This document shows positions 61,790-64,000 of a stretch of 64,000 nucleotides of DNA, one piece after another. Within the stretch, counting starts at the first letter, position 1, and every line of letters starts with the position of its first letter. The notes beneath the pieces are model-generated. The model worked only from the letters and a program-made list of their open reading frames with translations. It ran no database searches and was not told where the DNA came from. The position numbers and the translations under genes were made by a program. The stretch is taken from the NCBI RefSeq assembly GCF_035084215.1, contig NC_090337.1:50468001-50532000 (forward strand). The letters are read 5' to 3'. This stretch comes from Heptranchias perlo. Taxonomy: Eukaryota.

Positions 61790-62720
61790 CCGAGAGAGTG
61801 CAGAAGAGATTTACCAGAATGGTACCAGGGATGTGGGACTTAAGTTATGTGGAGAGACTGGAGAAGCTGAGGTTGTTCTTCTTAGAGCATAGAAGTTGAG
61901 ACGCAATTTGATAGAGGTATTCAAAATCATGAATGGTTTTGATAAAAGAAAGACTTGCATTTATATAGCGCGTTTCATGACCTCAGGATGTCCCAAAGCG
62001 TTTTACAGCCAATGAAGTATTTTTGAAGTGTAGTCACTGTTGTAATGTAGGAAACGCGGTAGCGAATTTGCACACAGCAAGCTCCCACAAAAAGCAACTT
62101 GATAATGACCAGATAATCTGCTTTAATGATGTTGGTTGAGGGATAAATGTTGGCCAGGACACTGGGGTTAACTCCGCTGCTCTTCTTAAAAATAATGCCG
62201 TGGGATCTTTCACGTCCACCTGAGATGGCAGATAGGGCCTTGGTTTAATGTCTTATCCAAAAGACAGCACCTCTAACTATGCAGCACTCCCTCAGCACGA
62301 CACTGGAGTATCAGCCTAGATTTTGTGCTCAAGTCTCTGGAGTGGGACTTGAACCCACAACCTTCTTTGACTCAGAGACAAACGTGCTACCAACTGAACC
62401 ACAGCATAGTGTAACTAAGGAGAAATTGTTTCCAGTGGCAGAGAGATCGGTAAGCAGAGGACACAGATTTAAGGTGATTGGCAAAAGATCCAGAGGCGAC
62501 ATGAGGAAAAAAAAATTGCAGCAAGTTGTTATGGTCTGGAATGCACTGCCTGAAAGGGCGGTGGAAGCAAATTCAATAGTAACTTTCTAAAGGGAATTGG
62601 ATAAATACTTGAAGGGAAAAAAATTAGAGAGCTATGGGGAAAGAGCAGGGGAGTGGGACTAATTGGATAGCTCTACCAAAGAACTGGCTTGGGCACAATG
62701 AGCAAAACATGATTCTATGA
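61790..62720 (+). mobile_element. CR1 3' end interrupted by a reverse Deu-type SINE (61945-62405)
   Basis: CR1 text ([13 protein letters not shown]... then LFPVAE..RGHRFKV) flanks a complete SINE. Confidence 0.8.
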
Positions 62721-63154
62721 TGTAAAATATCAACAAGTGTTATCAGGCACTTTTACATTAAACTCTAAATACTGATGCAAGACAACGCAATTTAAATCTT
62801 TTATTGAAAATGTTATTGTGTTTTGGAAAAGACTGCTGCTTTATCATCTGGCTACAGCTTTATTTTAATTTGAATTAAAAATTTAATTTGAATTAAATTA
62901 ATTTTTTATTTTTATGTTGGCTAAACACCAACGGGCCAAACGACCTGTATTCATGTTGTAATTTATTGGAATTCTGTGTAAGCCACAGCACAAAACAAAG
63001 GGCGAGGAACATACAGCGACAATTAAGAAAGAACTTCCCTTTATGTAGCGCCTTTCACAACCTCAGGACGTGTCAAAGTGCTTTACGGCCAATGAAGTAC
63101 TTTGGGAAATATAGTGGTGCAGTGACATTGGGCAGCATGCCATGTTACTATTCA

Positions 63155-64000
63155 GTGATGATGTGGAGATGCCGGTGATGGACTGGGGTGTACAAATGTA
63201 AGGAATCTTACAACACCAGGTTATAGTCCAACAGTTTTATTTGAAAATCACAAGCTTTCGGAGGCTTTCTCCTTCGTCAGGTGTGTGTGGGATTCCTTGA
63301 AATTTATCGCATATATAGACAGAGAACAATGCCTGGTGATTACAGATCATCTTTCCAACGGTCCGTTATCAAGGCAATCAAAGGAATTGAATGGTGTTCA
63401 GACAGAGAGACATTAGATACTAGACGACTGAATATACAAACGGCCAGAACCAAAGAAAGAGAGGGAGAGAGAGAGAGAGAAACATCCAAAAGGAAGAGAA
63501 AGAGAGAGAATGACCAGTTGTATTAAAAACAGATAACTTTTTTGTCGCTGGTGGGATTACGTGTAGCGCGACATGAACCCAAGATCCCGGTTGAGGCCGT
63601 CCTCATGGGTGCGGAACTTGGCTATTAATTTCTGTTCGACAATTTTGCGTTGTCGTGTGTCTCAAAGGCCGCCTTGGAGAACGCTTACCCGAAGATCGGT
63701 GGCTGAATGTCCTTGACTGCTGAAGTGTTCCCCAACTGGGAGGGAACCCTCCTGTCTGGCGATTGTTGCGCGGTATCCGTTCATCCGTTGTCGCAGTGTC
63801 TGCATGGTCTCGCCAATGTACCAGGCTCCGGGTCATCCTTTCCTGCAACGTATGAGGTAGACAACGTTGGCCGAGTCACAGGAGTATGAACTATGTACCT
63901 GGTGGGTGGTGTCCCCTCGTGTGATGGTGGTATCTGTGTCGATGATCTGGCATGTCTTGCAGAGGTTACCGTGGCAGGGTTGTGTGGTGTTGTGGACGCT
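63155..64000 (-). mobile_element. Penelope-like retroelement, GIY-YIG endonuclease end, with in-frame stops; runs off the window
   Basis: Minus frame reads PCHGNLCKTC...NVVYLIRC...WYIGET..LRQRMN...VGEHF...EQKLIAKFRTHEDGLNRD. Confidence 0.85.

Noticed and set aside
62320-62405. tRNA gene-like A/B boxes (also about 35160-35270)
   Set aside because: These are SINE heads; no complete cloverleaf

Overview
Eukaryotic, intron-rich vertebrate DNA. The repeat content (CR1/L2 LINEs, Deu-type tRNA SINEs, Penelope, many Harbinger elements and MITEs) suggests a cartilaginous fish (shark). Most supplied ORFs are repeat-derived or spurious. Splicing by hand gives four host genes. (1) A minus-strand 4-exon RBR-type E3 ligase with a degenerate single-zinc RING1 (5853-14846). 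(2) A minus-strand single-domain ubiquitin-like protein, Ubl-A, ending IVLQGG-SS (21530-21883). (3) A minus-strand multi-exon USP18-type peptidase with intact Cys and His boxes (about 30717-56174). (4) A plus-strand paralogous ubiquitin-like protein, Ubl-B, ending LQLDGG-AAQLHFFN (60116-61069). Each of the four genes has an ISRE/IRF element just upstream, and the E3 also has a perfect GAS site. The main hypothesis is a clustered, interferon-inducible tag/writer/eraser conjugation module parallel to, but distinct from, ISG15/HERC5/USP18. Other oddities are a 1.38-kb tandem duplication of putative frame-shifting USP micro-exons, a 203-bp inverted copy of flanking DNA inside a MITE, and a 32-bp VNTR beside the E3 promoter.
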